Shown here: in pieces, positions 41,219 to 51,210 of the stretch
Position numbering within the stretch: position 1 is the first letter of the stretch
Layout of the letters: each line of letters begins with the position of its first letter
Assembly: GCA_963734885.1 (NCBI GenBank)
Contig: CAVTIJ010000008.1
Location: forward strand, 129,693-193,692
DNA length: 64,000 nt
Origin: an uncultured Bacteroidales bacterium
GTDB taxonomy: Bacteria > Bacteroidota > Bacteroidia > Bacteroidales > VadinHA17
Direction of reading: 5' to 3'
Notes under the pieces: generated by a model
What the model was told of the DNA's origin: nothing
Database searches by the model: none
Seen by the model: the letters and a program-made list of their open reading frames with translations, nothing else
Position numbers and translations under genes: made by a program

Positions 41219-42511
41219 CTATATTTTAAACATATCAAACAGTAACTTGATGTTCAGGAAAGTAACAATAAACGCAATGGCCAACAAAAGGCTAATAAGA
41301 AACCGGCTGTTAGCATATTTTCCCATAACCTTTTTTGAAGAAGTCAGATAAACCTGGATAGCCACGGTAAATGGCAGCTGTATACTAAGGAATACCTGCG
41401 ACAAGATAAGCGCTTTAAAAGGATCTCCTATAAAAAAGACTATTAATAAAGCTCCGGCCAGTGAAATGATAATTCCTATTCTTGAGTGGTTATCTTTAAC
41501 ATTATAAGGTTCTTTATACATTCCTGAAACAATTGATCCTCCGGCCATGCCTGAAGTGATTGATGATGCGATGCCGGCAAGAAGAAGCGCCACAGCAAAA
41601 ACAACTGATGCATTTGAACCAAGAAGAGGTTCAAGAAGACTTTTTGCCTGCTGGAGCTCGTCAACTTTAAGATTTCTTGAATAAAATGCTGAAGCTGCAA
41701 GAAGTATCATGGCACTATTAATTGCCCATCCGACAATCATCGAAAATAAGGTGTCAGCAAATTCGAACCGGAGTTGCTTTTTAATGACCTTATCATCCTC
41801 AAGGTTCCACTGACGGCTTTGTATTATCTCCGAATGCAGAAAGAGATTATGTGGCATAACCACAGCACCCATTACACTCATTATCAATAAAATAGATCCA
41901 TCAGGAAAAGAAGGCTTTATCCATGCTACCCCGGCCTGTATCCAGTCAATTTTAACCAGGAATAATTCATATAAAAAAGATAGTCCGATAACCGAGACAA
42001 AACCAATTATCCAACTCTCAATCTTTCTATAGGAATTTGTTAATAGCATAATCAGAACAAAAATCGTTAACAGAGTGGCGCCCAGTTTTATGGGAACATT
42101 AAAGAGCATATTTAGAGCAATGGATCCACCCAGGATTTCTGCCAGTGAGGTTGATACTGAAGCAAGCACTGCAAAAGAAAGAACTGATTTTGAAACAGAA
42201 GGCTTTAAATATATCATTGCAGCTTCAGAAAGACATAGCCCGGTGGCAATACCTAAATGTGCAACGTTATGCTGTAATACAATTAACATTATTGTGGAAA
42301 GGGAAATTACCCACAAAAGTGTGTACCCGAATTTTGATCCGATTGCAATATTTGCCGCCCAGTTTCCGGGATCGATGAACCCGATGGTTACCAGAAGTCC
42401 CGGACCAATATATTTGAAAATATCAAGAGCCCCGAAGGTACGATTGTGATCTTTTCTTTTCAGGTCCCTGAAAAATCCGAAAAAATTAAACAGATTTTTG
42501 AAATTCTGCAT
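41219..42511 (-). CDS. mntH: Nramp divalent metal transporter
   Basis: GFIDPGNW and VMPHNLFLHS motifs. Confidence 0.9.
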   Translation of the reverse strand: MQNFKNLFNFFGFFRDLKRKDHNRTFGALDIFKYIGPGLLVTIGFIDPGNWAANIAIGSKFGYTLLWVISLSTIMLIVLQHNVAHLGIATGLCLSEAAMIYLKPSVSKSVLSFAVLASVSTSLAEILGGSIALNMLFNVPIKLGATLLTIFVLIMLLTNSYRKIESWIIGFVSVIGLSFLYELFLVKIDWIQAGVAWIKPSFPDGSILLIMSVMGAVVMPHNLFLHSEIIQSRQWNLEDDKVIKKQLRFEFADTLFSMIVGWAINSAMILLAASAFYSRNLKVDELQQAKSLLEPLLGSNASVVFAVALLLAGIASSITSGMAGGSIVSGMYKEPYNVKDNHSRIGIIISLAGALLIVFFIGDPFKALILSQVFLSIQLPFTVAIQVYLTSSKKVMGKYANSRFLISLLLAIAFIVTFLNIKLLFDMFKI

Positions 42512-42698
42512 ATGAAAAATGTCAAATCAGAATGAAATATCATGACAGTAACAAAGATAAACAATGAAATGCAATTTAATTTGGCAGAAAAGACCGAATT
42601 GGGTTCTCTAATATTCAGAAAATACAATCTTTAGTTAATGAATGATATACTCCACAAATGTCTTATTTCATTTTTTATGAAGTTAGTCGTGAAATCGA

Positions 42699-42754
42699 GG
42701 GGATCCTTCGTTGTAGCAAACCCTCGCAGGCTCGGGTGTGCTTCAACTCAGGAT
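42699..42754. repeat. Single-arm relative of the 4156 element (GGATCCTTC-hairpin-TCAGGAT)
   Basis: Same flanking words as 4153-4208, with a different internal hairpin that has a similar CGCARGCT loop. Confidence 0.7.
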
Positions 42755-42897
42755 CTGCCTTAAATTCATTGTCAAAATGTACATGGCATTAATTCAGCTT
42801 TTTACATCTGTATGCTAAACTCATATCATAGGACAAATAAAAATCTATAGATTTGTACCGGGAATTTCTTCACATTTTAGCACTAAAACTTCTAAGT

Positions 42898-43188
42898 ATG
42901 CAATTTCTACTTTTGGCTTACGACGGAACTGACACAGAGGCTCTGACACGCAGATTAAAGGTCAGGGACGAACATCTGAGGAGAATAAGCGGATTGAAAA
43001 AAGAGGGTGAGTTTATATCTGGCGGCGCTATTCTTGATAAAGAGGGTAAAATGATTGGATCAATGATCATTTATGATTATCCCGACAGGCAGGCGCTAGA
43101 TGAGATGTTAAAAAATGAACCCTACTTCACTGACGGAGTCTGGAAAAAAATAGAGATAAAACCATTCAGGCTGGCAAAAATTGAATAA
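42898..43188 (+). CDS. YciI family protein
   Basis: RR...R..HL, GGAIL...GKMIGS and EPY motifs; ATG 42898 preferred. Confidence 0.88.
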   Translation: MQFLLLAYDGTDTEALTRRLKVRDEHLRRISGLKKEGEFISGGAILDKEGKMIGSMIIYDYPDRQALDEMLKNEPYFTDGVWKKIEIKPFRLAKIE

Positions 43189-43224
43189 ACAAAAACGCTT
43201 ATGGTATTCTTAATAGATTTTATT

Positions 43225-43298
43225 ACCCCCTTCCCAACCTTCCCCCACGGGGGAAGGAGTTAGTACAAACTTTTCCCCGTTGGGGAAAGAAAGGGGGT
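43225..43298. repeat. CCCCCTTCCCAACCTTCCCCC-type double-hairpin element
   Basis: Near-identical copy at 45652-45727. Confidence 0.85.
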
Positions 43299-43338
43299 AC
43301 TTGATTAAAAAGAAAGCCGTAATTTTAAAACATTAAAT

Positions 43339-43791
43339 ATGGATATCAGAAAATTTACGCCTGTTGTTGATAAGAAGGTTCTGATAATTCTTCCAGGAAT
43401 TATGTGGTGTGGTGTTGGAGTAATGCTGATAAGTTTTGCAATCTCCTGGCTGTCGCCATATCCTGAGAAAGAAGAGATCTTATTTTTTTCAGCAGGATTC
43501 CTGGCTGCAATGCCAATTCATCATTTTGGATTCCTCAGGATTGTGGATAAAAATCTGAAGAGACTTCTCCCGCTGACAGAAAAGAAATGTGTGTTCTCCT
43601 TTATGACTTTAAAAAGTTATCTGACTGTGTTGGTGATGGTTGCAATGGGAATAACTCTCAGGCATTCCTCGTTTCCAAAACGCTACTTGTCAGTTCTTTA
43701 TAATGGAATCGGATTGGCCTTATTCCTTTCCGGCATAAGATATTTCAGATTCTTTTTTAAATTATTGGTTGCGAAGGAATCGGGAATATAA
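43339..43791 (+). CDS. Hypothetical membrane protein
   Basis: About 4 TM segments. Confidence 0.7.
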   Translation: MDIRKFTPVVDKKVLIILPGIMWCGVGVMLISFAISWLSPYPEKEEILFFSAGFLAAMPIHHFGFLRIVDKNLKRLLPLTEKKCVFSFMTLKSYLTVLVMVAMGITLRHSSFPKRYLSVLYNGIGLALFLSGIRYFRFFFKLLVAKESGI

Positions 43792-43794
43792 AAC

Positions 43795-45060
43795 TTACCG
43801 GCGCCCTTCGGAGTGAGAAAGGTATTTCAGAATATCCCTGAAAACCATTGCCCTGATTGGGGCCACATTATAATATTCACCATTATTCAGCAATCCGGTA
43901 TTTTGTCTGTTTATTAAAAGAATTACGGAGACATTATACTTTGGAATTACAGTTATGCTTGTACCGGTAAACCCTGTATGGCCAAATGTACCTTCAGGTC
44001 CGTTTTTCATAAATGAATTATCAGGATCCATCATCCAGCCCAAACCATTATTGAATTTATCTTTTGTAAGAAACAATTGTATTGTTTTTTCTGAAATAAA
44101 CTGTTTTGAGCCTGCCTTGCCTTTATTAATAAGCATATCAACTAATTTCTGAAGATCAGCAACATCGGAAAATAGTCCGGCAGCTCCCGAAACACCACCA
44201 TTTGCATACCAGGCATTCCCATCATTCACTTCACCCTTCAGAGTATAATTCCGCCAGCCATTCCATAAATCGGGATCAATCTCCTTGATTTTGAATCCGA
44301 GAGTTGAATCATAAACCATCCTTTTTTCATAAGGATTTCCGTGTGAAGTGGCAGCAATTTTTTTAATTTCCGGTGATTTAAGAGGATTATAAGTTGTTTT
44401 CGTCATGTGAAGAGGAAAGAAAATATTTTCCTTTTCGAAGGTTTCGAGAGACATCCCTGAAACTGTTTCAATTATTTCACCGAGAATTACAAATCCTAAA
44501 TCGCTGTAACGACGTTGTGCTCCTACCGGGAATCTGAGAGGAAGCTCTCCGATCAGCCTGTAGCTTTGTTCTTTATTTGAGGCCCTGTAATAAAGTGGAT
44601 ACCATTCATATAGACCGGCTGTATGAGTAAGGAGATGGCGGATAGTTATTTCTTTTTTATCAGGCGAGCCGAAAGCTTTTATGTACTTTGAAACCGGATC
44701 ATCAACACTAAGTTTTCCCCTGTCGACCAGCAACATAACAGAGGTTGTGGTTCCGATCACCTTTGTAAGCGACGCTATATCAAACAGATGTTCAGTTGTC
44801 ATTTCCTCCGGTTGCTGCAAAACGTGATGATTGTAGTCATACTTTTGCGCATAACCGTAAGCATGTTTGTAAATTACCTGGTCGTTTTTCTTAATTTCGA
44901 TCACCGCTCCCGGAATCTCATCGAGATCGACTTTCGTCTGGAGTAGGCTGTCAATTTTTGCAATCAGGTGAGCTCTTGCGTTCTTTGGATTGCGAGACTG
45001 GCCTTCCGAAGAAATAAATGAAACAAGAAAGAGCAGAACAAAAAACATCAGCTTGCGCAT
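43795..45060 (-). CDS. Exported serine hydrolase, beta-lactamase class C / AmiE-like fold
   Basis: FDIASLTK, LLTHTAG, YSD and FGHTGFTG motifs; signal peptide. Confidence 0.92.
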   Translation of the reverse strand: MRKLMFFVLLFLVSFISSEGQSRNPKNARAHLIAKIDSLLQTKVDLDEIPGAVIEIKKNDQVIYKHAYGYAQKYDYNHHVLQQPEEMTTEHLFDIASLTKVIGTTTSVMLLVDRGKLSVDDPVSKYIKAFGSPDKKEITIRHLLTHTAGLYEWYPLYYRASNKEQSYRLIGELPLRFPVGAQRRYSDLGFVILGEIIETVSGMSLETFEKENIFFPLHMTKTTYNPLKSPEIKKIAATSHGNPYEKRMVYDSTLGFKIKEIDPDLWNGWRNYTLKGEVNDGNAWYANGGVSGAAGLFSDVADLQKLVDMLINKGKAGSKQFISEKTIQLFLTKDKFNNGLGWMMDPDNSFMKNGPEGTFGHTGFTGTSITVIPKYNVSVILLINRQNTGLLNNGEYYNVAPIRAMVFRDILKYLSHSEGRR

Positions 45061-45070
45061 AATTTTTTTT

Positions 45071-45568
45071 TTAGTTTTTGACTTTTCCGGAATATCCTAC
45101 ACGCGGACCAACCGTTTTGCGAAGAAGCAATTCAGTAAATCCTTCTCGTACAAAATTATCCATTTCCCCTATAAGCTTAAACCCAAAATCGTAATAAAGT
45201 TTAATTGCTCCTTTATTAAATGATGACACACATATAAATACATTAGGAGAAAATTTCAATATTCTTTCTTCACAAAAAACGAGCAGTTTTCTACCCAGAC
45301 CTTTTCCTCTGTAATCTTCTCCAACACATATCGTTTGAATATACCCTGAGAAGGTGCCGCATGTTTGTAATATTACAAATCCTGCAACTTCTTCCTCTAC
45401 ATCAATAGTATAAATCTCTTTGCATTTCCCTTCAAAAGCCAACAGGCATTGGGCGTAATCCATCTGCAGGGTAATCCATGGATCGGTTACGGTCATCATC
45501 CGGGCACATATAGCAAAATCTTTTGGATCAGCGGTTTGTCTGATTATTATTTTTTGATCATTCTTCAT
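45071..45568 (-). CDS. GNAT N-acetyltransferase
   Basis: YRGKGLG and N..AIKLY..FGF motifs. Confidence 0.9.
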   Translation of the reverse strand: MKNDQKIIIRQTADPKDFAICARMMTVTDPWITLQMDYAQCLLAFEGKCKEIYTIDVEEEVAGFVILQTCGTFSGYIQTICVGEDYRGKGLGRKLLVFCEERILKFSPNVFICVSSFNKGAIKLYYDFGFKLIGEMDNFVREGFTELLLRKTVGPRVGYSGKVKN

Positions 45569-45651
45569 TCACAGGTTGTATAAAAAAAATCCGTACACTA
45601 AGGTTTGCACTAAGGAGGTTAAGCAATTGATTCTTTCTGTATGATTTTTTT

Positions 45652-45727
45652 ACCCCCTTCCCAACCTTCCCCCAAGGGGGAAGGGGTAAGCTACCATTTC
45701 CCCCTTGGGGGAAACAGGAAAGGTGGT
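45652..45727. repeat. CCCCCTTCCCAACCTTCCCCC-type double-hairpin element
   Basis: Near-identical to 43225-43298. Confidence 0.85.
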
Positions 45728-45729
45728 AA

Positions 45730-47196
45730 TCAAATTACATATTCACTTTGTCTCTTCCTTATTATGAATAAGAACAAAATCGTCAAAAAAGCATTCACAA
45801 AAATATTCATAAACCCGAAATCAAAGTTAAATGCTTTTATAAAGAATCCGTTCAGCAGCCAGGTCACAAATGCTGCTGAGACACATGCAAAAGGAACCCA
45901 TTTCTCTTTGAATCTGATCTTAGTAAATAACCCCGTAAGATACAGTCCCAGGATAGGGCCATACGTATAACCAGCTATTTTGAAGATGGTATTTATTATT
46001 GCTCCTTTGCTCCCCCAGAATGACATTACTATTATGAACATGACAACGTTAACTCCCAGAAGAACACGGTTTTTTATTCTTTTTCTGTCCCCTGCCGGTT
46101 GATTTTCGATGTCCATGAAATCGTAACTGAAAGCAGTGGTAAGTGCTGCAATGCATGAATCGATGCTTGCAAAAGTTGAGGCAATTACCCCTATCAGAAA
46201 AGCAATTGCACCAATTTTTCCAAAGTAATTCAATGTCAGCAACGGATACAGGCCATCGGTATTTACAAATTTTCCATCCTGGGTTGTCAGGGTAATTCCG
46301 TGGCGTTCTGCGTATAAATAGATAAGTATGCCCAGTCCAAGGAACATAGTTTGTGCAAATGCTATGAAGAAGCTGAAAGTGAGAACGTTTTTCTTGGCAT
46401 CCCGGGCATTTCTGACTGTCAGGGTTTTTTGCATCATACTCTGATCAAGCCCTACCAGTGCCACTGTAATAAGAAGGCCCGAGATAAACTGTTTGAAAAA
46501 GTTAGATCCTGAATGAAAATCCCAGTCAAAAAATTTTGCATAAGGATGGTGAACAATTGTCTTTGCCATTTCAGAGAGTGTCAGCCCCAGCGAATTTTTG
46601 ATCGTTATGATCGAAATTACAATCACTGTTATAAGAAATAAAGACTGAAGGGCATCTGTCCAGACTATTGTCTTGATACCTGATTTGTTGGTATATAACC
46701 AAATGAGAAGCAGGACTGTAATAATTGTTACAAAATAGGGAATATGAAGAGCATCAAAGAAAGCAAACTGCAATATTTTTATTGATAGGAGCAGGCGGAG
46801 AGCTGCTCCGAAGGATTGTGACACCAGAAAGAATAAAGATCCGGTTTTATATGTCACATTTCCAAAACGGATATTCAGATAAGTATAAATAGAAACAAGC
46901 TTTAGCCTGTAATAGATAGGAGTCAACACAAAAGCAATGAACAGATAACCAACAATGGTTCCCAGGATAAACTGGAAATAATACAGATTGTTATTACCGA
47001 CATTTCCCGGGATCGACACCAGAGACACAGCCGAAATACCTGATCCAATCATACCAAATGCTACAAGGAACCAGGGTGAAGCCCTGTCTCCGTCGAAAAA
47101 TGTCGAATCATGCACATGTCGGGATGCAATCCTCGAAATGATCATTAGGATTGAGAAATAAAGAATGATTATAATGAATAACAAAAGAGGGCTCAT
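45730..47196 (-). CDS. Sodium:solute symporter (SSS)
   Basis: PWFLVAFGMIG, SIY.YL..RFG, WTDALQ and GLDQ.MMQK motifs. Confidence 0.92.
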   Translation of the reverse strand: MSPLLLFIIIILYFSILMIISRIASRHVHDSTFFDGDRASPWFLVAFGMIGSGISAVSLVSIPGNVGNNNLYYFQFILGTIVGYLFIAFVLTPIYYRLKLVSIYTYLNIRFGNVTYKTGSLFFLVSQSFGAALRLLLSIKILQFAFFDALHIPYFVTIITVLLLIWLYTNKSGIKTIVWTDALQSLFLITVIVISIITIKNSLGLTLSEMAKTIVHHPYAKFFDWDFHSGSNFFKQFISGLLITVALVGLDQSMMQKTLTVRNARDAKKNVLTFSFFIAFAQTMFLGLGILIYLYAERHGITLTTQDGKFVNTDGLYPLLTLNYFGKIGAIAFLIGVIASTFASIDSCIAALTTAFSYDFMDIENQPAGDRKRIKNRVLLGVNVVMFIIVMSFWGSKGAIINTIFKIAGYTYGPILGLYLTGLFTKIRFKEKWVPFACVSAAFVTWLLNGFFIKAFNFDFGFMNIFVNAFLTILFLFIIRKRQSEYVI

Positions 47197-47353
47197 CAGG
47201 GGTTTTAATTATCAGGATTCAAACCTAGTGAAAAAGAGCGATAAATTATATTTCTTTAACTTTACTCCGGGGAAAATTCTTATTTATTTTGTTGACGGGG
47301 AATTTATCCCTTAACCTGTTTATCTTTAAAAAAACATCAAAAACAATCAACCT

Positions 47354-48235
47354 ATGAAAAAGTTAAAAATTATTTTACCTGTTTTATTATTCACAAGCTT
47401 GTTATCTGCGCAAAATTCTGATCAGGGAAAGCTTCCTTATAAAATGGAAGACATCACGTCACCGAAATTTCCAAAAGCAGTGGAAATGGCAGGAGGAGTG
47501 GCAATTATTCCTCTTGGTATAATCGAAAAACATGGACCGGCTCTTCCGCTGGGAACAGATATGTATGAATCAAGGGAAATTGCATTTCATGCTGCTCAGA
47601 AAGAATATGCAGTAGTTTTTCCACCTTATTTTGTTGGTCAGATCAATGAAGCACGTCATCAGCCGGGGACTGTCGCATATTCTCATGAACTGATATGGAA
47701 CATGCTCGAAGAGACCTGTTCCGAATTATCCAGAAATGGATTAAAGAAAATAATTCTCCTTAACGGACATGGAGGTAATACTTCGTTTCTTCAGTATTTC
47801 TGTCAAACTCAACTGGCCAAACAACACGATTATGTTGTAGTATTATTCCAGCAGGGGAAGGATGAAGTGAATGGCGCAGAGATCAAATCACTCAGAAAAG
47901 CAAAACTCGATTCTCATGCAGGAGAAGGTGAGACATCAATGATGTTCTATATTAATCCTGCCTTTGTTGATCAGGAAGCATTAACGAGTCAGTCGGGCCT
48001 TGACCAGAACAGGTTGAGTATTCCATTTGGCTATGCCGGGATCTGGTGGTATGCCAAGTATCCAAACCATTTTGCAAGCGACGTAAATACCCCAAACAAA
48101 AGATTGGGTGAATTAATGATTGAAAGCGAGTCGGGACAGGTTGCGCAATTGATTAAGTTCCTCAAGAATGACAATTCTATTAAACAGTTGCAGGATGAGT
48201 TTTTTAACAGAGCAGATAACCCATTACAGAAATAA
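47354..48235 (+). CDS. Creatininase-family amidohydrolase with signal peptide
   Basis: EKHG..LPLGTD, NGHGGN and HAGE.ET motifs. Confidence 0.88.
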   Translation: MKKLKIILPVLLFTSLLSAQNSDQGKLPYKMEDITSPKFPKAVEMAGGVAIIPLGIIEKHGPALPLGTDMYESREIAFHAAQKEYAVVFPPYFVGQINEARHQPGTVAYSHELIWNMLEETCSELSRNGLKKIILLNGHGGNTSFLQYFCQTQLAKQHDYVVVLFQQGKDEVNGAEIKSLRKAKLDSHAGEGETSMMFYINPAFVDQEALTSQSGLDQNRLSIPFGYAGIWWYAKYPNHFASDVNTPNKRLGELMIESESGQVAQLIKFLKNDNSIKQLQDEFFNRADNPLQK

Positions 48236-48257
48236 TCGGCAATTATTATGAATTACT

Positions 48258-48296
48258 AAAGGGTCCATGGTTGGTTTTTGCCACGGACCCTTTTTT
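48258..48296. terminator. Terminator, probably bidirectional
   Basis: AAAGGGTCCATGG...CCACGGACCCTTTTTT between convergent genes. Confidence 0.8.
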
Positions 48297-48327
48297 AATA
48301 TTTCCGTGCGTAAACTGTGGTTCGTGT

Positions 48328-50256
48328 CTATATTTTACTTTGAGAGATCCTTTGTTCAGCAGCCTGAAGTATCATTTCCAGCAGTTTAGCGTAGCTGATA
48401 TTGCTTATTCCTGCCATTTTAGCAAGATGACCGTCCCAGCACCAGCCAGGATTTGGGTTTACCTCGAGCAATTTAGGAATGCCAGCCGAATCAAGTCTGA
48501 AATCAAACCTGCAATAATCGCGGCATTCAAGACGCGTGAACAGTTTTACACAATTTTCAATAATTGATTTTTCAACATCCTCCTGCAATTCAGCCGGGAT
48601 TGATCTTAAAAGGTTGAAGTAAGGAGAATCAGGAACCCATTTTGCTTCATAACCACATATTTTTGGCAGATCAGGAGGAAGCTGTGAATAATCCTCTTCA
48701 ATTATCGGCAAGGTAACATATGATTCAGGAGGGTTCCCGATAATTCCCACGCTAAGTTCTTTTCCTGTAAGGAATTCTTCAACAAGGATGGAACTCTCAT
48801 AACCGAAGTCGTGCCGTATTTTAAGGATGGCATCATTCAGTTCTTCAATCGAGTTAGCCACACTCTGCTGGGTAATGCCGAAGCTGCTGTCAGCAAAGTT
48901 AGGTTTTGCAATTACAGGGAAATCGATCTGGAGGTCAAATACATTATCTTCCGATTTCACAAAGAAAGCATTTGCAACCGGCACTCCGATCTCCTTTGCC
49001 ACTCCTCGTATCAGCGACTTATCGTAACAATAAGCCAGGCTCTGGGGACCTGACCCGGAATAAGGAATGCCAAGGACCTCCAGAATTGCAGGGATGTGCA
49101 ACTCTTTCCGTGCTTCATTATTATAGCCTTCATCGCATAAATTGAATACATAATCGATTTTTTGCTTGTTCTTAAGCAAATCGGCATATAATGTTGTATG
49201 ATAATTAAGATACGAAAACCTGTTCCCCTGCAGAGACGACAATGCAGTTTTAAGTTTTTCAATAGTAATAAAGTCATCATCATCAAATATGCTCGATGGT
49301 TTGACAATGTCCGGTTTTGTAGGATCACCCATCAGGACTAGAACATTTTTGACCTCGGGAGATCTTGCCTTTACCGGCGTCCACTGCTTGATCACTTTTG
49401 CCGTCATGATTATTCTTCTCTCCATCATTCCAAGATCCTGATTGCGAACTGAATTGCTTTCAATGACATCATGAAAATTGACATTCTGGTAGCCCGATTT
49501 TGTAAAAATGTCAATAAGCATTTCATAGGAGTAAAGTCTCTCTGCATAAAACTGATCCACAATAATTCCTTTTTCAGCATGAGAAATTATTTCCCTTGAG
49601 ATGAGTCGCTCGTTATCTTTAGCCAGCGATCGTTCCCGGCACACAAAATACTTCTTGTCTATCCATTCCCAGCTTCTGGGCTGATAATGTGCCCTCAGGT
49701 ATGAGCCATCGGCAACATCAATAAGAAAAGTTCCACCGGGTTTCATGACCCGGAAAACTTCCTTAAGTATCATGACATCATCATCGTTGCTTTCAAAATA
49801 GCCGAAGCTGTTGCCAAGGATCATTACCACATCAAAAGTATCGGGCGGGAAAGGCAGTTTTCTGGCATCTCCTTCCTTGAATGAGATCTTGAGTCCTTCC
49901 TGTTGCACACTTGATTTTGCCTTTCGGATCAGGTAATGAGATCTGTCAAGTCCGGTAACATTTGTAAATCCTTTCCGTGCAAGTTCAATGGAATGTCTGC
50001 CCTGACCGCATGCAAGGTCGAGTATGGCGCTTTCCTTTGGTATATTAAGAATTGAGGTGAATAATTCCACCTCATTCTTTGTAATCTGTTTGTCATCAAC
50101 TACATCTGCATCAGTTTTTAAGTACATCGAGTTAAATATCCGTCTCCACCAATCGGGTCGGAGATATGTTTCAAGATTATCGACAGGACCAAGTATTGCG
50201 TGTCCGTTTTTTCCGTTTTTCTTTATGGTTATTGGTTTGGTCAATTGCTTGTTCAT
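48328..50256 (-). CDS. Class I SAM methyltransferase fused to a D-Ala-D-Ala-ligase-like ATP-grasp domain
   Basis: N-terminal ILDLACGQGRH, GLD, GDAR and NSFGYF motifs. C-terminal FNLCDEG, PYSGS, DK, FPVIAKP, SS.GI, VEEFL.G.E, R.DFR and LEVNPNPG motifs. Confidence 0.88.
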   Translation of the reverse strand: MNKQLTKPITIKKNGKNGHAILGPVDNLETYLRPDWWRRIFNSMYLKTDADVVDDKQITKNEVELFTSILNIPKESAILDLACGQGRHSIELARKGFTNVTGLDRSHYLIRKAKSSVQQEGLKISFKEGDARKLPFPPDTFDVVMILGNSFGYFESNDDDVMILKEVFRVMKPGGTFLIDVADGSYLRAHYQPRSWEWIDKKYFVCRERSLAKDNERLISREIISHAEKGIIVDQFYAERLYSYEMLIDIFTKSGYQNVNFHDVIESNSVRNQDLGMMERRIIMTAKVIKQWTPVKARSPEVKNVLVLMGDPTKPDIVKPSSIFDDDDFITIEKLKTALSSLQGNRFSYLNYHTTLYADLLKNKQKIDYVFNLCDEGYNNEARKELHIPAILEVLGIPYSGSGPQSLAYCYDKSLIRGVAKEIGVPVANAFFVKSEDNVFDLQIDFPVIAKPNFADSSFGITQQSVANSIEELNDAILKIRHDFGYESSILVEEFLTGKELSVGIIGNPPESYVTLPIIEEDYSQLPPDLPKICGYEAKWVPDSPYFNLLRSIPAELQEDVEKSIIENCVKLFTRLECRDYCRFDFRLDSAGIPKLLEVNPNPGWCWDGHLAKMAGISNISYAKLLEMILQAAEQRISQSKI

Positions 50257-50269
50257 CGTTTCAAATTTG

Positions 50270-50301
50270 ATTGTTTATGATTTCATGAAATCATAAACAA
50301 T
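50270..50301. promoter_or_regulatory. Perfect 32-bp palindrome 13 nt upstream of the methyltransferase/ATP-grasp start
   Basis: ATTGTTTATGATTTCA|TGAAATCATAAACAAT; the function is inferred. Confidence 0.6.
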
Positions 50302-50383
50302 GGTAAAATCATATTGATCAGGAGAAAAAACGTGACTTGTTAACAGGTATTGGATTTTATTAACAACAAGAAATCCAAATCCA

Positions 50384-50522
50384 TTAACCACAAAGGTCAC
50401 AAAGGAAAACACAAAGAACACAAAGGGTAAATTCACTTATTGCAGATTTTTTGAGGTCCCCAATCTGTTTGACCATCTTACTTTGTGTACTTTGTGCCTG
50501 CTTTGTGTCCTTTGTGGTAAAA
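50384..50522. repeat. AACCACAAAG-type inverted element
   Basis: Same unit architecture as the copies at 18255 and 35628. Confidence 0.85.
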
Positions 50523-50620
50523 AGCAGCTTTAGCGAAATTACCTGTGGGACAGGATGAGAATTTGTTAAAGAACATTTTGTAACAATGGTTGTTACTGGT
50601 TGTAATTAAATTGATAAAAT

Positions 50621-51202
50621 ATGGCATTTACTTTACAACCCGGGGAGAAGGCAATCGATTTCAGACTTCCCTCAACTGAAGGAAAAGAATACAGCCTGAA
50701 AGATTTTGAAAAATTCAAATACCTGGTTCTCTTTTTCACATGTAACCACTGTCCTTATGTAATTGGTTCTGATGAAACGACCAGGAAAACGGTTGAGAAA
50801 TACAGTAAAAAAGGAGTGGGATTTGCCGGGATTAATTCAAATAGTGAAAATACATATCCTGAAGACAGTTTTCAGGGCATGGTGGAAAGAATGAATAAAC
50901 ATAAATTTCCATGGGTCTACCTTTATGATAAGCCACAGGAGGTTGCCAAAGCATATGGTGCATTACGGACACCTCATTTTTACGTTTTTAATGAAGAAAG
51001 ACGACTCGTATATACCGGAAGAGGAGTTGACAGTCCCAGGGATGTCTCAAGAATGAAGGTCAATGACCTGGATATTGCGCTTGAAGAGCTGACAAGTGAG
51101 AAACCGATTTCTGTTCCTGTGACAAATCCAATAGGATGCAATATTAAATGGGAAGGCAAAGATGCGCACTGGATGCCCCCTGATGCATGTGACCTCGTTT
51201 GA
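50621..51202 (+). CDS. Thioredoxin-fold protein (AhpC/TSA-like)
   Basis: [15 protein letters not shown] and GCNIKW motifs. Confidence 0.9.
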   Translation: MAFTLQPGEKAIDFRLPSTEGKEYSLKDFEKFKYLVLFFTCNHCPYVIGSDETTRKTVEKYSKKGVGFAGINSNSENTYPEDSFQGMVERMNKHKFPWVYLYDKPQEVAKAYGALRTPHFYVFNEERRLVYTGRGVDSPRDVSRMKVNDLDIALEELTSEKPISVPVTNPIGCNIKWEGKDAHWMPPDACDLV

Positions 51203-51210
51203 TTATTGGA

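Noticed and set aside
42512-42700. Manganese (yybP-ykoY) riboswitch upstream of mntH
   Set aside because: A -7 promoter element (TATCTTTG on the minus strand, 42552-42559) lies only about 40 nt from the ATG, and I recognise no aptamer motif.
36701-45060. Antibiotic resistance genes (vanZ-like, beta-lactamase-like)
   Set aside because: Both belong to broad families, and nothing in the context suggests a resistance cluster.
45641-45970. ORF beginning MIFLPPSQPSPKGEG
   Set aside because: It is the translation of the C-rich palindromic repeat plus the antisense strand of the SSS gene.
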